From Aliivibrio fischeri ES114 (GTDB lineage Bacteria; Pseudomonadota; Gammaproteobacteria; Enterobacterales; Vibrionaceae), in the NCBI RefSeq assembly GCF_000011805.1, contig NC_006840.2: a stretch of DNA of 32,000 nt; one strand, given 5' to 3'. The notes below the pieces were generated by a model, which was given only the letters and a program-made list of their open reading frames with translations, was not told where the DNA came from and did not search any database. Positions 16,505 to 27,300 of this stretch are shown piece after piece. A program made the position numbers and the translations under genes. Position 1 is the stretch's first letter; the number at the start of each line of letters is the position of its first letter.

Positions 16505-16562
16505 TATTATCATTATTATTAACTTCGTTTAACTAAGTTTGTATTAGTTTACAAATTAGTTA

Positions 16563-17813
16563 TTAAAGAGCGCCGTAGATTACAGAAGTAATCGCCGCAA
16601 CACCACATAATGCTGTAAAGATTTGCACAGGTGCTGAAGTTTTGTACTTAGCCATTGCTGGAACTTTACGCATTGCGAAGATAGGCATAAGGAATAGGAT
16701 AGCTGCAATCATTGGAGCACCCATTGTTTCAATCATACCTAGGATACTTGGGTTGATGATAGAAACGATCCATGTAGTAACAACGATAAAGATTAGAGAT
16801 GCTTTTTCTAGCTTAGCAACTGGTGCTTTTGAGCGAGATTTAGCTAGGCCAACGAGACCTTCGTGAGCACCTAGGAAGTGACCGAAGTAGCTTGAAGTAA
16901 TCGCAGCGAAAGCAACGATTGGACCTAAGTAAGAGATAAGTGGAGATTCGTGTACGTTTGCTAGGTAAGAAAGTACAGAGATGTTCTGTGCTTGTGCTTG
17001 CGCTAGTTGCTCTGGAGATAGAGAAAGAACTACAGAGAAAACGAAGAACATAACGAAGCTCATTAGCATCATTGCTGCACCGCCAGTGATCATGTCAGTT
17101 TTAGCAACTGCATCTTCACCGTATACACGACGTTGTTCTTTAGAGAACTGGCTGATTACTGGGCTGTGGTTGAAAGAGAAAACGATGATAGGAATCGCTA
17201 ACCAAACAACAGAAGGCATTGAACCCCAATCTGGGTCAACAGACATCATAGATGTGTTCCAACCAGGGATTAGGTATACAGAAAGAGCCATTAAGATGAA
17301 TACAAGAGGGTAAACCATTGCTGAAGTTGCTTTCAGCATTAGTTCTTTACCAAATACTACACCACATGTCATCAGAGTGATAAGAACACCTGATAGTAAC
17401 CAACGAGGGATAGATTCCATACCCATTTGGTTAACCATGAAAGAGTCTACTGTGTTTGTAATACCAACACCGTAGATAAGTACAATCGGATAAATCGCGA
17501 AAAAGTAGGCAAAAGTGATTAGGTTCGCGCCTGTTTTACCGAAATGCTCTTCTACAGTATCAGTAATATCTGCATCTGGGTTTTTAGCTGAAAGAACGAA
17601 ACGAGCCAAACTCTTGTGAGCAAACCAAGTCATTGGTGCAGCGATTAGAGCAAGAATAACTAGAGGCCAAAAACCACCAGCACCCGCTTTGATTGGAAGG
17701 AAAAGAACACCAGCACCTACAGCGGTACCGAACAGAGAAAGACACCAAGTGAAATCTTTATAAGTCCACTTAGTTTTTTTTGCACCGATAGATGCAGTAT
17801 TTGTTGTTTGCAT
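16563..17813 (-). CDS. sdaC: Serine transporter SdaC (HAAAP family)
   Basis: FGTAVGAGVLFLPI motif. MQTTNTASIGAKKTKW..DFTW aligns with the remembered E. coli SdaC N-terminus METTQTSTIASKDSRSAW, so I start at the second ATG (17813) rather than 17822. Confidence 0.88.
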   Translation of the reverse strand: MQTTNTASIGAKKTKWTYKDFTWCLSLFGTAVGAGVLFLPIKAGAGGFWPLVILALIAAPMTWFAHKSLARFVLSAKNPDADITDTVEEHFGKTGANLITFAYFFAIYPIVLIYGVGITNTVDSFMVNQMGMESIPRWLLSGVLITLMTCGVVFGKELMLKATSAMVYPLVFILMALSVYLIPGWNTSMMSVDPDWGSMPSVVWLAIPIIVFSFNHSPVISQFSKEQRRVYGEDAVAKTDMITGGAAMMLMSFVMFFVFSVVLSLSPEQLAQAQAQNISVLSYLANVHESPLISYLGPIVAFAAITSSYFGHFLGAHEGLVGLAKSRSKAPVAKLEKASLIFIVVTTWIVSIINPSILGMIETMGAPMIAAILFLMPIFAMRKVPAMAKYKTSAPVQIFTALCGVAAITSVIYGAL

Positions 17814-18002
17814 AATTAACATACTCTTAATTTTTTGGAACAGGAATTTTAGGAACGGCGCTATTGTCGTTATTTTGACGAGAAAAACTTTGACCCAGAT
17901 CCAGAAATGAAAAAAGATGAACGAAGATCCAAAAATAATTGATAATGATCACAGTAGTTGTAACTGTAATATTAGAAAAACTTATCGTTAATGATAAATT
18001 TT

Positions 18003-18584
18003 CTAAGCCGTTATGTAATTCATTGCGTGAATTATTTCGGCAGTTACACCCCAAATGAGTTTTTTATCAAAAGGAATAAAAATCAGATTGTATGTGTGTT
18101 TTTTGTTAAAAACGTGATGATTGTAGGTGTTTTTTGGGTTAATAAGATGATTTATCGGTGCTTCAAATGTGCTACTAACCTCACCGTAATCGATTGCGGT
18201 GGTATAATTTTCATCAATTAATGCAACGATAGGGGTTACTTTATAACCTGATATTGTTGGTATTGTGTTAAGTTTTACTAATGGTTTAATGTGTGCAGGA
18301 TTAATGCCAATCTCTTCATTCGTTTCACGAATAGCTGTATGAATAAGAGACAAATCATCGGGTTCAACCTTACCTCCTGGGAAGCTAATTTGACTTGGGT
18401 GATGACGTAAATGTGGCGCTCGTTGGGTTAAAATTAAGTGATAACCCGTTTCTCTTTTTACAATAGGAACAAGAACGGCTGCTGATTTAAAATGGCCATT
18501 TTTCAATAAAGGGTGGGAGAGTAAACTTGAACTGTAATTTATCGGTTTATGAAGTAACAAATGAGAAAGTAAATGTGTGTCCAT
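18003..18584 (-). CDS. nudL: Nudix hydrolase, CoA pyrophosphatase type (NudL/YeaB-like)
   Basis: Nudix box GGKVEPDDLSLIHTAIRETNEEIGI preceded by the CoA-type motif LILTQRAPHLRHHPSQISFPGG. It is positioned between pabB and a serine dehydratase locus, as in E. coli. Confidence 0.8.
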   Translation of the reverse strand: MDTHLLSHLLLHKPINYSSSLLSHPLLKNGHFKSAAVLVPIVKRETGYHLILTQRAPHLRHHPSQISFPGGKVEPDDLSLIHTAIRETNEEIGINPAHIKPLVKLNTIPTISGYKVTPIVALIDENYTTAIDYGEVSSTFEAPINHLINPKNTYNHHVFNKKHTYNLIFIPFDKKLIWGVTAEIIHAMNYITA

Positions 18585-18600
18585 AAACCGATCCTTATCG

Positions 18601-19971
18601 TTATAAAATAGGTAAGATTTTGCTTAACTTATGCAATGTCTCTTCATATTCTAGTTCAACTTGACTATCAGCGACGATACCACCGCCTGCAGATGCATAT
18701 AAGCTTCCTTCATAAGCAATTAATGTGCGTATGGTTATACTGGTGTCCATTGTTCCACAGCGGCTAATGTAGCCAATACTGCCACAATATAAGTTACGGC
18801 GATGTGGTTCGAGTTCTTCAATGATCTCCATTGCTCTGATTTTAGGCGCTCCTGTGATAGAACCACCAGGGAAAGATGCTTTAAGTAAGTCTGTTGCAGA
18901 GTATTCTGTATTGAGTTCACCTGTAATGGTACTTACTAAGTGATGCACAGCTGGGAAAGACTCTATATCAAACAGTTTCGGTACTTTTACAGAGCCCGGT
19001 GTAGCAACACGGCCTATATCATTTCTCAGCAAATCAACAATCATCAGGTTTTCAGAGCGGTCTTTTGGGCTATTACGCAACGTTTCTGCTTCTTGTTTAT
19101 CAATCTCAGGATAATTTGAACGAGGTCGGGTTCCTTTAATTGGTTTTGTTTCAATTTTTCGCTCTTTTACTTGTAAAAAACGCTCTGGAGAAACAGAAAG
19201 AATCGTTACTTCTGGAGTTTTTATATAAGCAGAGAATGGAGCCCCGTTTTGTGTGGCTAGTTTTTGATACGCTTCCCATTCAGAGCCCTGATATTGTGCT
19301 TTAAATCGTTGTGCTAAGTTTATTTGGTAACAATCCCCTGATTCTAGGTAGTGCTGAATTGTATTGAACTTTTTAGCGTATTCAGACTCGGTCATATTCG
19401 ATTTCCAGTCTGAGGTTAAGCTAAATGGTGTATCTACTTCTTTTATAGCAATAAATTGTTGAAGCCAATGCAATCGATCACCACCTTCGGGTTGTATCAA
19501 ATACAACGTTGATGTTTTATTATCTGCCACCAGTGCCCAGTTATAAATTCCTACAGCCATATCTGCACATAAAATGTCATGTTGTGCCGTATTTGGAATC
19601 GTTTCGACACGACGCCCTAAGTCATAGCTGAAATAGCCTAACGCACCACCAATGAAAGGTAATGCTTGTATTGGTTTGCAAAAAGGGGTTAGGCGTTCTT
19701 GATAATGCGCAAGTAACTGAAAAGGACATGCTTCACTGGTTACAGGTTGTTTTCCTATTACATTAATCGTGGTGATATCGCCGTGTGTTTGTAATGTAGC
19801 GATAGGATCGGCAACCAAAATGTCATATCGATTATCAATGTGCTTTTGTGCTGATGAGTTAAGCAACATCGCCCAAGGTTGATTTGCAATAGCAGAAAAG
19901 AAATCAATCACAGAGTTAGATTGATAATCAAGTTGAGTGATACTTAGTTTTGCATCTAATTGATTGTTCAT
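18601..19971 (-). CDS. pabB: Aminodeoxychorismate synthase component I
   Basis: Chorismate-binding enzyme motifs SPERF, PGGSITGAPK and SAGGGIVADS. 456 aa, with nudL immediately downstream matching the E. coli pabB-nudL arrangement. TrpE/PheA-type alternatives are less likely given size and context. Confidence 0.82.
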   Translation of the reverse strand: MNNQLDAKLSITQLDYQSNSVIDFFSAIANQPWAMLLNSSAQKHIDNRYDILVADPIATLQTHGDITTINVIGKQPVTSEACPFQLLAHYQERLTPFCKPIQALPFIGGALGYFSYDLGRRVETIPNTAQHDILCADMAVGIYNWALVADNKTSTLYLIQPEGGDRLHWLQQFIAIKEVDTPFSLTSDWKSNMTESEYAKKFNTIQHYLESGDCYQINLAQRFKAQYQGSEWEAYQKLATQNGAPFSAYIKTPEVTILSVSPERFLQVKERKIETKPIKGTRPRSNYPEIDKQEAETLRNSPKDRSENLMIVDLLRNDIGRVATPGSVKVPKLFDIESFPAVHHLVSTITGELNTEYSATDLLKASFPGGSITGAPKIRAMEIIEELEPHRRNLYCGSIGYISRCGTMDTSITIRTLIAYEGSLYASAGGGIVADSQVELEYEETLHKLSKILPIL

Positions 19972-20135
19972 TTTGAGTTTTATAACCAGAATGTGATGAG
20001 CAACGATAGCCTTGGATGGAGAGCAAGAGTATCATAATGCGAGTTCTAAAAGAAAATAATAGATGGCGATTGCTCACGTCATACACAATAAAAATCATCC
20101 TTAATTGCCATGGAAGCTTATAAAAAGAGGGCCCT

Positions 20136-21665
20136 ATGATTAACGTTCACCAAGAAACATTGATTCGTAATGAAGATGTGATCAGTTCTGTAGCCGATGC
20201 TCTGCAATATATATCTTATTATCATCCGCTAGATTTTGTTCAAGCACTTGAAAAAGCGTATCACCGAGAAGAAAGCCAAGCTGCAAAAGATGCGCTTGCA
20301 CAAATCCTAATTAATTCACGTATGTCAGCAGAGGGGCGTCGTCCTATCTGTCAAGATACGGGAATTGTAACTTGTTTTGTTAATATTGGTATGAACGTTA
20401 GGTGGGAAGGAGACTTAACGGTTCAACAAATGATTGATGAAGGTACTCGTCAAGCTTATACCAATCCTGACAATCCATTAAGGGCATCCGTATTGTCTGA
20501 TCCGGCTGGTAAACGTATAAACACAAAAGATAATACGCCAGCAGTGGTTCATATTAATATGGTTCCGGGAAACAAAGTTGAGATTCAAATTGCTGCAAAA
20601 GGTGGCGGCTCTGAGAATAAAACTAAAATGGTAATGTTAAACCCATCAGATGATATTGCTGAGTGGGTAGAAAAGACGCTTCCAACAATGGGTGCGGGTT
20701 GGTGTCCTCCAGGTATGCTTGGTATAGGTGTTGGCGGTACGGCTGAGAAAGCAGCTGTATTAGCAAAAGAAGCACTGATGGAACACATTGATATTCAAGA
20801 CCTTATTGAACGAGGTCCTCAGAATGCAGAAGAAGAACTTCGTCTTGATATTTTTAACCGTGTTAATAAATTAGGTATCGGAGCTCAAGGTCTTGGCGGA
20901 CTTACTACTGTTGTTGATGTAAAAATCAAATCAGCACCAACGCACGCAGCCTCTAAACCTGTGTGTTTAATTCCTAACTGTGCTGCTACTCGTCACGTAC
21001 ATTTTACCCTTGATGGTACAGGTCCTGCTGATCTTCAGCCGCCAAAGTTAGAGGAATGGCCTGATATTACGTGGGAAGCGGGAGCAAATACACGCCGAGT
21101 TAATCTTGATGAGATAACAAAAGAAGACGTTCAAGAGTGGAAAACGGGCGAAACGATCTTGCTTAATGGTAAAATTCTAACAGGACGTGACGCGGCACAT
21201 AAACGTCTTCAAGGAATGATCGAAAGCGGTGAAGGTTTACCTGATGGTGTTGATTTTAATGGTAAATTCATTTACTACGTAGGCCCTGTTGATGCTGTAG
21301 GTGATGAAGCGGTAGGTCCTGCCGGCCCAACGACCTCTACTCGCATGGATAAATTTACCGATATGATGTTAGCTACAGGCTTAACGGGCATGATAGGTAA
21401 AGCGGAACGTGGTCCAGCAACCGTGGCATCTATTAAAGAAAATAAAGCGGTATATTTAATGGCTGTTGGTGGCGCTGCTTACTTGGTTGCTAAAGCGATT
21501 AAAAAAGCACGTGTTGTTGCCTTTGAAGATCTTGGAATGGAAGCTATTTATGAGTTTGAGGTTGAAGATATGCCAGTTACTGTGGCCGTTGATTCAACAG
21601 GTGTAAATGCGCATCAAATTGGTCCTGATACATGGAAGGTAAAAATTGCTGAAATGAGCAATTAA
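20136..21665 (+). CDS. fumA: Class I (Fe-S) fumarate hydratase, fused alpha/beta type
   Basis: CQDTGIV, KGGGSEN and CPPGMLGIGVGG in the N-terminal half, and GPAGPTTSTRMD in the C-terminal half. These are typical of Fe-S hydro-lyases of the fumarase/tartrate dehydratase class. Confidence 0.85.
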   Translation: MINVHQETLIRNEDVISSVADALQYISYYHPLDFVQALEKAYHREESQAAKDALAQILINSRMSAEGRRPICQDTGIVTCFVNIGMNVRWEGDLTVQQMIDEGTRQAYTNPDNPLRASVLSDPAGKRINTKDNTPAVVHINMVPGNKVEIQIAAKGGGSENKTKMVMLNPSDDIAEWVEKTLPTMGAGWCPPGMLGIGVGGTAEKAAVLAKEALMEHIDIQDLIERGPQNAEEELRLDIFNRVNKLGIGAQGLGGLTTVVDVKIKSAPTHAASKPVCLIPNCAATRHVHFTLDGTGPADLQPPKLEEWPDITWEAGANTRRVNLDEITKEDVQEWKTGETILLNGKILTGRDAAHKRLQGMIESGEGLPDGVDFNGKFIYYVGPVDAVGDEAVGPAGPTTSTRMDKFTDMMLATGLTGMIGKAERGPATVASIKENKAVYLMAVGGAAYLVAKAIKKARVVAFEDLGMEAIYEFEVEDMPVTVAVDSTGVNAHQIGPDTWKVKIAEMSN

Positions 21666-21694
21666 TTTACATCATAAAGCTTCTTAAATAATGT

Positions 21695-21722
21695 AAAAGC
21701 ATTCATTTTGAGTGCTTTTTTT
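21695..21722 (+). terminator. Rho-independent terminator after the fumarate hydratase gene
   Basis: AAAAGCATTC-atttt-GAGTGCTTTT (10 bp including one G-U) running into a T-rich tract. Confidence 0.75.
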
Positions 21723-21796
21723 GTTTTTTGTGTCTTTTATGTTAATCATTTGGGTGTAATATATAAGTAACTATTTGATAAATAAATGAGGGAACA

Positions 21797-22153
21797 ATGA
21801 AGAAGTTAACAATTGGGTTATTCATTACTGTACTTGCTGGGTGCGCCTCCTCTGATGATGTTGAACAAGAAAAGAACGTTGATGATTGGTTCGCGATAGG
21901 TGAAGCTAGGGCGAAAAATGGATTTTTATTGCAAACAGAATCACGACTTGTTGATCGTTATCCTGAAGAGAAAATTACAACCGAATTCTATAATGGTTAT
22001 GTAAAGGGTCACGAGGCTGGCACAAAAGTCTATTGTTCACAAAATCCATATATATTGGGATTAAGTGAAGAACCTTATTTCGGACTATGTGATCAAATTG
22101 ATTCTAATTACTCTGATGAATATCAAAAAGGGAAAAAGCATAAAAAAGAATAA
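21797..22153 (+). CDS. Small lipoprotein, DUF2799-like, paralog 3
   Basis: Lipobox LAGC, SD GAGGGA, and a core (EFYNGYVKGHEAGTKVYCSQNPYILGLSEEPYFGLCDQID) collinear with the ORFs at 13542 and 13929. Confidence 0.7.
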   Translation: MKKLTIGLFITVLAGCASSDDVEQEKNVDDWFAIGEARAKNGFLLQTESRLVDRYPEEKITTEFYNGYVKGHEAGTKVYCSQNPYILGLSEEPYFGLCDQIDSNYSDEYQKGKKHKKE

Positions 22154-22176
22154 AAACATTGTTTTTTATAACTAAT

Positions 22177-22205
22177 TTTATTTGTTGACTGGATGAACAA
22201 ATAAA
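22177..22205. promoter_or_regulatory. 10-bp inverted repeat overlapping a TTGACT hexamer upstream of the RND operon (candidate operator/promoter)
   Basis: TTTATTTGTT (22177-22186) and AACAAATAAA (22196-22205) are exact reverse complements with a 9-nt spacer. TTGACT at 22185-22190. The repeat lies about 52 nt upstream of the first adaptor ATG. All A/T except 2 bp, so chance occurrence is plausible. Confidence 0.3.
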
Positions 22206-22256
22206 TATAGGCAATAATTCTTTATGTAATCAATTAATAATGACAAGGAACGGCAT

Positions 22257-23291
22257 ATGTTCAAAAAGACTGCAATAGCCGCAGTGCTTGGCTCCATTTT
22301 ACTCGCAGGCTGTGACAGTAAAGAGCCTAGTATTGCAGAGCCTGACTCTCGTCCAGCAAAGATCTTAACCGTTTCTGTTGGTGACCACGAAACATCACGC
22401 TTGTTTCCAGCTAAAGCCGAAGCGGGCGATAAAGCCGTTTTGGCTTTTAGAGTTCCTGGACAATTAAATACATTGAATGTACATGCTGGCCAATCGGTTA
22501 GTAAAGGTGAGCTTCTAGCTACAATCAATCCAGATGAATACCGTTTAATCCAGAAACAAGCACAAGCACAATATCGATTGATTGATGTGCAATATCAAAG
22601 GATTAAAAAGTTAAGAAAAGATAAAGTCGTATCAGAACAAGATTATGATACAGCGGTTGCCAATAGAAAAACTGCGAAAGCTTCTCTTGACCAAGCCTCT
22701 GCTAATTTAAGCTACACTAAGCTTGTCGCACCATATGACGGCACGATTTCACTTCTTCCGACAGAAAACTTTGAATATGTAAATGCGAAGCAATCGATTA
22801 TGCATATTCAAACTAACGATATTCTATATGTTGTTTTTCAACTTCCGGATTATTTGCTTCAACGTTTCAGTTTTACAGATGTATCAGCAACAGTTTCATT
22901 TGATTCGTTTCCAAACACTACTTTTCCTCTTGAATTTGAAGAAATTGATACTGAAGCCGATCGTAAAACATCAAGTTACACGGTAAAAATGAGTATGCCG
23001 CGTCCTAAAGATTTAGGGGTTCTTCCGGGGATGTCTGGACAAGTGAAAGTAACTATTCCTAAGGGCGGAAGTGAAAAACTGCCACTTTCAGCTATCGATC
23101 AAGATGGTGATACCACGTATGTATGGCGTGTGAAAGAAGATGGAATTGTTGAAAAAGTGGCAGTGAAATTAAATGAGAAACGTCAGGTAGTCTCTGGGAT
23201 TGAGGATTCAGATCAAATTGTATCTTCAGGCATCACAGGGCTAGAAGAGGGAATGAAAGTTCGCAAGTGGGTTAAGGAAAGAGGATTATAA
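22257..23291 (+). CDS. RND efflux periplasmic adaptor (membrane fusion protein) 1, lipoprotein
   Basis: Lipobox LLAGC. Barrel-sandwich/lipoyl motifs (GQSVSKGELLATINPDEY ... YTKLVAPYDGTIS) flank a coiled-coil hairpin. Confidence 0.85.
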   Translation: MFKKTAIAAVLGSILLAGCDSKEPSIAEPDSRPAKILTVSVGDHETSRLFPAKAEAGDKAVLAFRVPGQLNTLNVHAGQSVSKGELLATINPDEYRLIQKQAQAQYRLIDVQYQRIKKLRKDKVVSEQDYDTAVANRKTAKASLDQASANLSYTKLVAPYDGTISLLPTENFEYVNAKQSIMHIQTNDILYVVFQLPDYLLQRFSFTDVSATVSFDSFPNTTFPLEFEEIDTEADRKTSSYTVKMSMPRPKDLGVLPGMSGQVKVTIPKGGSEKLPLSAIDQDGDTTYVWRVKEDGIVEKVAVKLNEKRQVVSGIEDSDQIVSSGITGLEEGMKVRKWVKERGL

Positions 23292-23293
23292 TA

Positions 23294-24376
23294 ATGCAAA
23301 GATTAATGAAACTATCTTTACTTTCCAGCACGTTACTTCTTACTGCTTGTAATCCTGCGCCGACGGAAACTGTCGTAGAAATTCCGAATGTTGTGATTAA
23401 AGATATTAATTCAAATGGGGTAAGTGATCGCCTTTATCTTCCTGCGGTAGCCACTGCTGCTGATCGTTCCCATCTAAGTTTTCGACTTTCTGGTGAGATT
23501 AAAGAGCTAAATATAAAAGCAGGGGAAATCGTTAAAAAAGGTCAAGTTTTAGCGGTGTTAGATAAAACCGACTACAACATTGATGTTGATAATGCTAGAG
23601 CTCGTTACAACGTAGCAAACAGTCAATATAAGCGTTCAAAACCCTTAGTTGATAAAGGATTGTTAGCTAAATCACAATTCGATGAATTAGCAGCGCAACG
23701 ACAAATTGCACTAGCGGATTTAGAGTTAGCAAAATTGCGTTTAAGTTTTACCGAGTTAAAGGCGCCAATTGATGGTGTTATTTCTCGAGTAAGTGTTGAG
23801 CAATTTGAAAATATTCAAGTAGGGCAACAGATCTTTAATATTAATAACCGAGATGCGGTAGATATTATTGTTCAAGTACCTGACAAGCTTTATGCAAAGC
23901 AACCGAATAAAGAAATAATTGAAAGCATTAAAGCAACAGTTCGCCTTGATAGTGGTGAGAGCTACTCCGCAAGAATTAAAGAATACACCACAGAGCCTGA
24001 TCCTGATTCAGGTGCGTATCTAGTTACACTGACAATGCCTATGCCTGAAGACCAATTTATATTGGATGGTATGGCAGTTGAGGTGGCAACCAGTGAAAGT
24101 GAAATTCGTTTATCAACTCAAGCAGGCATGGTAATTCCGATTGAAGCTATTTTTAATGAAGATGGTGACACTATTGATCTTGCTGAAAAATACGTATGGC
24201 TTGTTGATGAAAATAATACAGTGAAAAAACAAAAAGTAGTAACGACAAAAGCGACTTCATCTGGTTTACGAGTTGTTGAAGGTTTATCAACCGGTGATCG
24301 CATTGTAATAGCAGGGGTATCACGACTGCGTGATGGCATGTCAGTGAATGTTATTAATGCGGAGGAGAAAAAATGA
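23294..24376 (+). CDS. RND efflux periplasmic adaptor (membrane fusion protein) 2, lipoprotein
   Basis: Lipobox LLLTAC, GEIVKKGQVLAVLDKTDY ... FTELKAPIDGVIS around a coiled coil. Starts 2 nt after adaptor 1, and its stop overlaps the pump start (ATGA). Confidence 0.85.
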   Translation: MQRLMKLSLLSSTLLLTACNPAPTETVVEIPNVVIKDINSNGVSDRLYLPAVATAADRSHLSFRLSGEIKELNIKAGEIVKKGQVLAVLDKTDYNIDVDNARARYNVANSQYKRSKPLVDKGLLAKSQFDELAAQRQIALADLELAKLRLSFTELKAPIDGVISRVSVEQFENIQVGQQIFNINNRDAVDIIVQVPDKLYAKQPNKEIIESIKATVRLDSGESYSARIKEYTTEPDPDSGAYLVTLTMPMPEDQFILDGMAVEVATSESEIRLSTQAGMVIPIEAIFNEDGDTIDLAEKYVWLVDENNTVKKQKVVTTKATSSGLRVVEGLSTGDRIVIAGVSRLRDGMSVNVINAEEKK

Positions 24377-27300
24377 GCCAAGAAAAAGGAATTGCAGCTT
24401 ATTTCATACAGAATAAAGTCATCAGTTGGATGTTAACACTGATCTTTATGATTGGTGGTACATCCGCATTTTTTGGTTTAGGACGTTTAGAAGACCCTGC
24501 GTTTACCATTAAAGATGCAATGGTCGTAACCAATTATCCTGGTGCGACACCAGAGCAAGTGGAAGAAGAAGTAACCTACCCACTAGAAAAAGCAATTCAA
24601 CAGTTAACTTATGTAGATGAAGTTAACTCGCTGTCTAGTCGTGGACTGTCTCAGATCACTGTAACCATGAAAAACAATTATGGTCCTGATGATTTACCAC
24701 AAATCTGGGATGAACTACGCCGTAAGGTGAATGACTTAAAACGTCAATTACCTCCTGGTGTTGGTGAACCATCAGTTATCGATGATTTTGGTGATGTTTA
24801 TGGTGTGCTTTTAGCCGTAACAGGAAAAGGCTACTCATATAAAGAAATCTTAGATTATGTTGATTATTTGCGTCGTGAATTAGAGCTTGTTGATGGCGTT
24901 AGTAAGGTATCTGTTAGTGGTGTTCAACAAGAACAAGTCTTTATTGAAGCGTCATTAAAGCGTATGACAAGTTTAGGAATTTCTCCTCAGACTTTGTATA
25001 GCTTATTGTCTAATCAAAATACGGTATCGAGTGCTGGTGCTGTAAAAATCGGAACGGAATATATTCAAATTCACCCAACAGGGGAGTTTGAAGATGTGGC
25101 ACAGCTCGGTGATTTGATTATTACTGATGGTGGTGCTCAAGGACTAATTTATTTAAAAGACATCGCAGAAGTTAAGCGTGGTTATGTTGAAGTGCCAAGT
25201 AATATTGTGAACTTTAATGGTAATTTTGCTCTAAACCTCGGTGTTTCATTTAGTGCAGGTGTTAACGTAGTTGAAATTGGTAAATTAGTTGATCAACGAA
25301 TGGCTGAGCTTAAAGAGCAGCAGCCTATTGGTATTGATATCTCTGAAATTTACAGTCAACCAAAAGAAGTGGATAAATCGGTAAGTGGTTTTGTTGTCAG
25401 TCTGGGGCAGGCTGTTGCGATTGTAATTATCGTTTTACTTTTCTTTATGGGAGTACGTTCAGGCCTATTAATTGGTCTTATCTTATTATTGACCGTTGCT
25501 GGTACTTTCGTCTTTATGAAGTATTTTGCTATCGATTTACAACGTATTTCTCTTGGTGCTCTGGTTATTGCTCTCGGTATGCTCGTAGATAACGCCATTG
25601 TGGTGGTGGAAGGCATACTCATCGGGATGCAAAAAGGAAGGACACGTTTACAAGCCGCTACCGATATTGTGACACAAACAAAATGGCCATTGCTAGGAGC
25701 AACGGTTATTGCGGTAACCGCGTTTGCGCCAATTGGTTTATCTGATGATGCGACCGGTGAATACTGTGGAACGCTCTTTACCGTCTTGCTAATTTCGTTA
25801 ATGCTAAGCTGGTTTACTGCTATTTCACTTACGCCTTTCTTTGCTTCTTTATTCTTTAAGGAGAGAGTACAAAGCGAAGAAGAGAGTCTTGAAGAGAAAG
25901 ACCCATACAATGGGATGATCTTTGTTGTTTATAAGCGTTTCCTAGAGTTTTGTATGCGCTACTCTGTAGCAACCATGGTAATACTGGTTGTAGCTCTTGG
26001 TGGTAGTTTATATGGCTTTACCAAAGTTAAACAATCTTTCTTCCCATCATCAACAACGCCAATCTTCATGGTGGATGTATGGATGCCTGAAGGGACAGAT
26101 ATTCGTTCAACTAATGCGACATTAAAAGAGTTAGAAGAATGGATATTAGAACAGCAACATATTGAACACGTAACAACAACCGCTGGTAAAGGTTTACAGC
26201 GTTTCATGTTGACTTATGCACCAGAGAAAAGTTATGCAGCTTATGGTGAGATAATGACTCGTGTTGATAACTATGAAGCATTACAGCCCTTGATGGCGAA
26301 GTTCCGTCAGCATATCGAAGATCAATACCCACAAATTCAATATAAATTGAAACAAATTGAATTAGGTCCGGGTGGCGGTGCGAAAGTTGAAGCTCGTATT
26401 GTTGGTGCTGATCCAACGGTATTACGTGGCTTAGCGGCGCAAGTTATCGACATTATGCATAATGACCCAGGAGCAACAAACGTACGTCATGATTGGCGTG
26501 AGCGTACAAAAGTACTTGAGCCTCAATTTAATGAGAGTCAGGCTCGTCGTTATGGTATTTCAAAGACAGATGTAAACGAACTATTAGAAATGGCGTTCTC
26601 AGGTAAAGCAATTGGTGTTTACCGTGATGGTACAACATTAATGCCAATTGTCACTCGATTACCCGAAAATGAACGTGTTGATATTAGTACGATTGAAGGA
26701 ATGAAAATTTGGAGTCCAGCTCTGTCTCAATACATCCCATTACAGCAAGTTGTACTTGGTTATGATGTGATTTGGGAAGACCCACAAATCGTACGTAAAA
26801 ACCGTAAACGTATGCTAACTGTAATGGCTGACCCTGATATTTTAGGTGAAGAAACTGCAGCTACATTGCAGAAACGATTACAAACTCAAATTGAGGCGAT
26901 CGATTTTCCTACGGGTTACAGTTTAGAGTGGGGCGGTGAATATGAATCGTCTCGTGACGCTCAGGCATCATTATTCCAAACGATGCCATTGGGTTATCTA
27001 TTCATGTTCTTAGTTACTGTCTTCTTATTTAACAGTGTGAAAGAGTCGGTGATTGTTTGGCTAACGGTACCATTAGCTATTATTGGTGTAACCAGTGGTC
27101 TATTGTTACTTAATACGCCATTTGGTTTTATGGCTTTACTCGGTTTCTTGAGCTTGAGTGGTATGCTGTTGAAAAATGGTATCGTATTGCTTGATCAGAT
27201 TGAAATTGAAATCAAGTCAGGTAAAGAGCCTTATCATGCGGTGGTTGATGCGGCATTAAGTCGTGTGCGTCCTGTTTGTATGGCAGCGATTACAACAATT

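Noticed and set aside
17827-18221. ORFs at 17827-18054 (minus strand) and 17991-18221 (plus strand) in or near the nudL-sdaC spacer
   Set aside because: The first lies in the AT-rich sdaC promoter and leader region and encodes an implausible sequence. The second is antisense to the nudL 3' end. Neither has an SD.
22178-22528. 116-aa minus-strand ORF overlapping the start of the first RND adaptor gene
   Set aside because: It overlaps the adaptor's lipoprotein signal sequence and N-terminal domain on the opposite strand. The adaptor reading is supported by a lipobox, MFP motifs and operon coupling. The antisense product has no recognisable features.
25356-26416. Long antisense ORFs inside the RND pump gene (184 aa at 25356-25910, 82 aa at 25959-26207, 70 aa at 26204-26416, all minus strand)
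   Set aside because: They lie entirely within a 1025-aa gene whose product carries strong AcrB-type motifs. Their translations are low-complexity (Ser/Thr/Pro/Ile-rich), with no RBS or recognisable domains. This is a typical shadow-ORF artefact.
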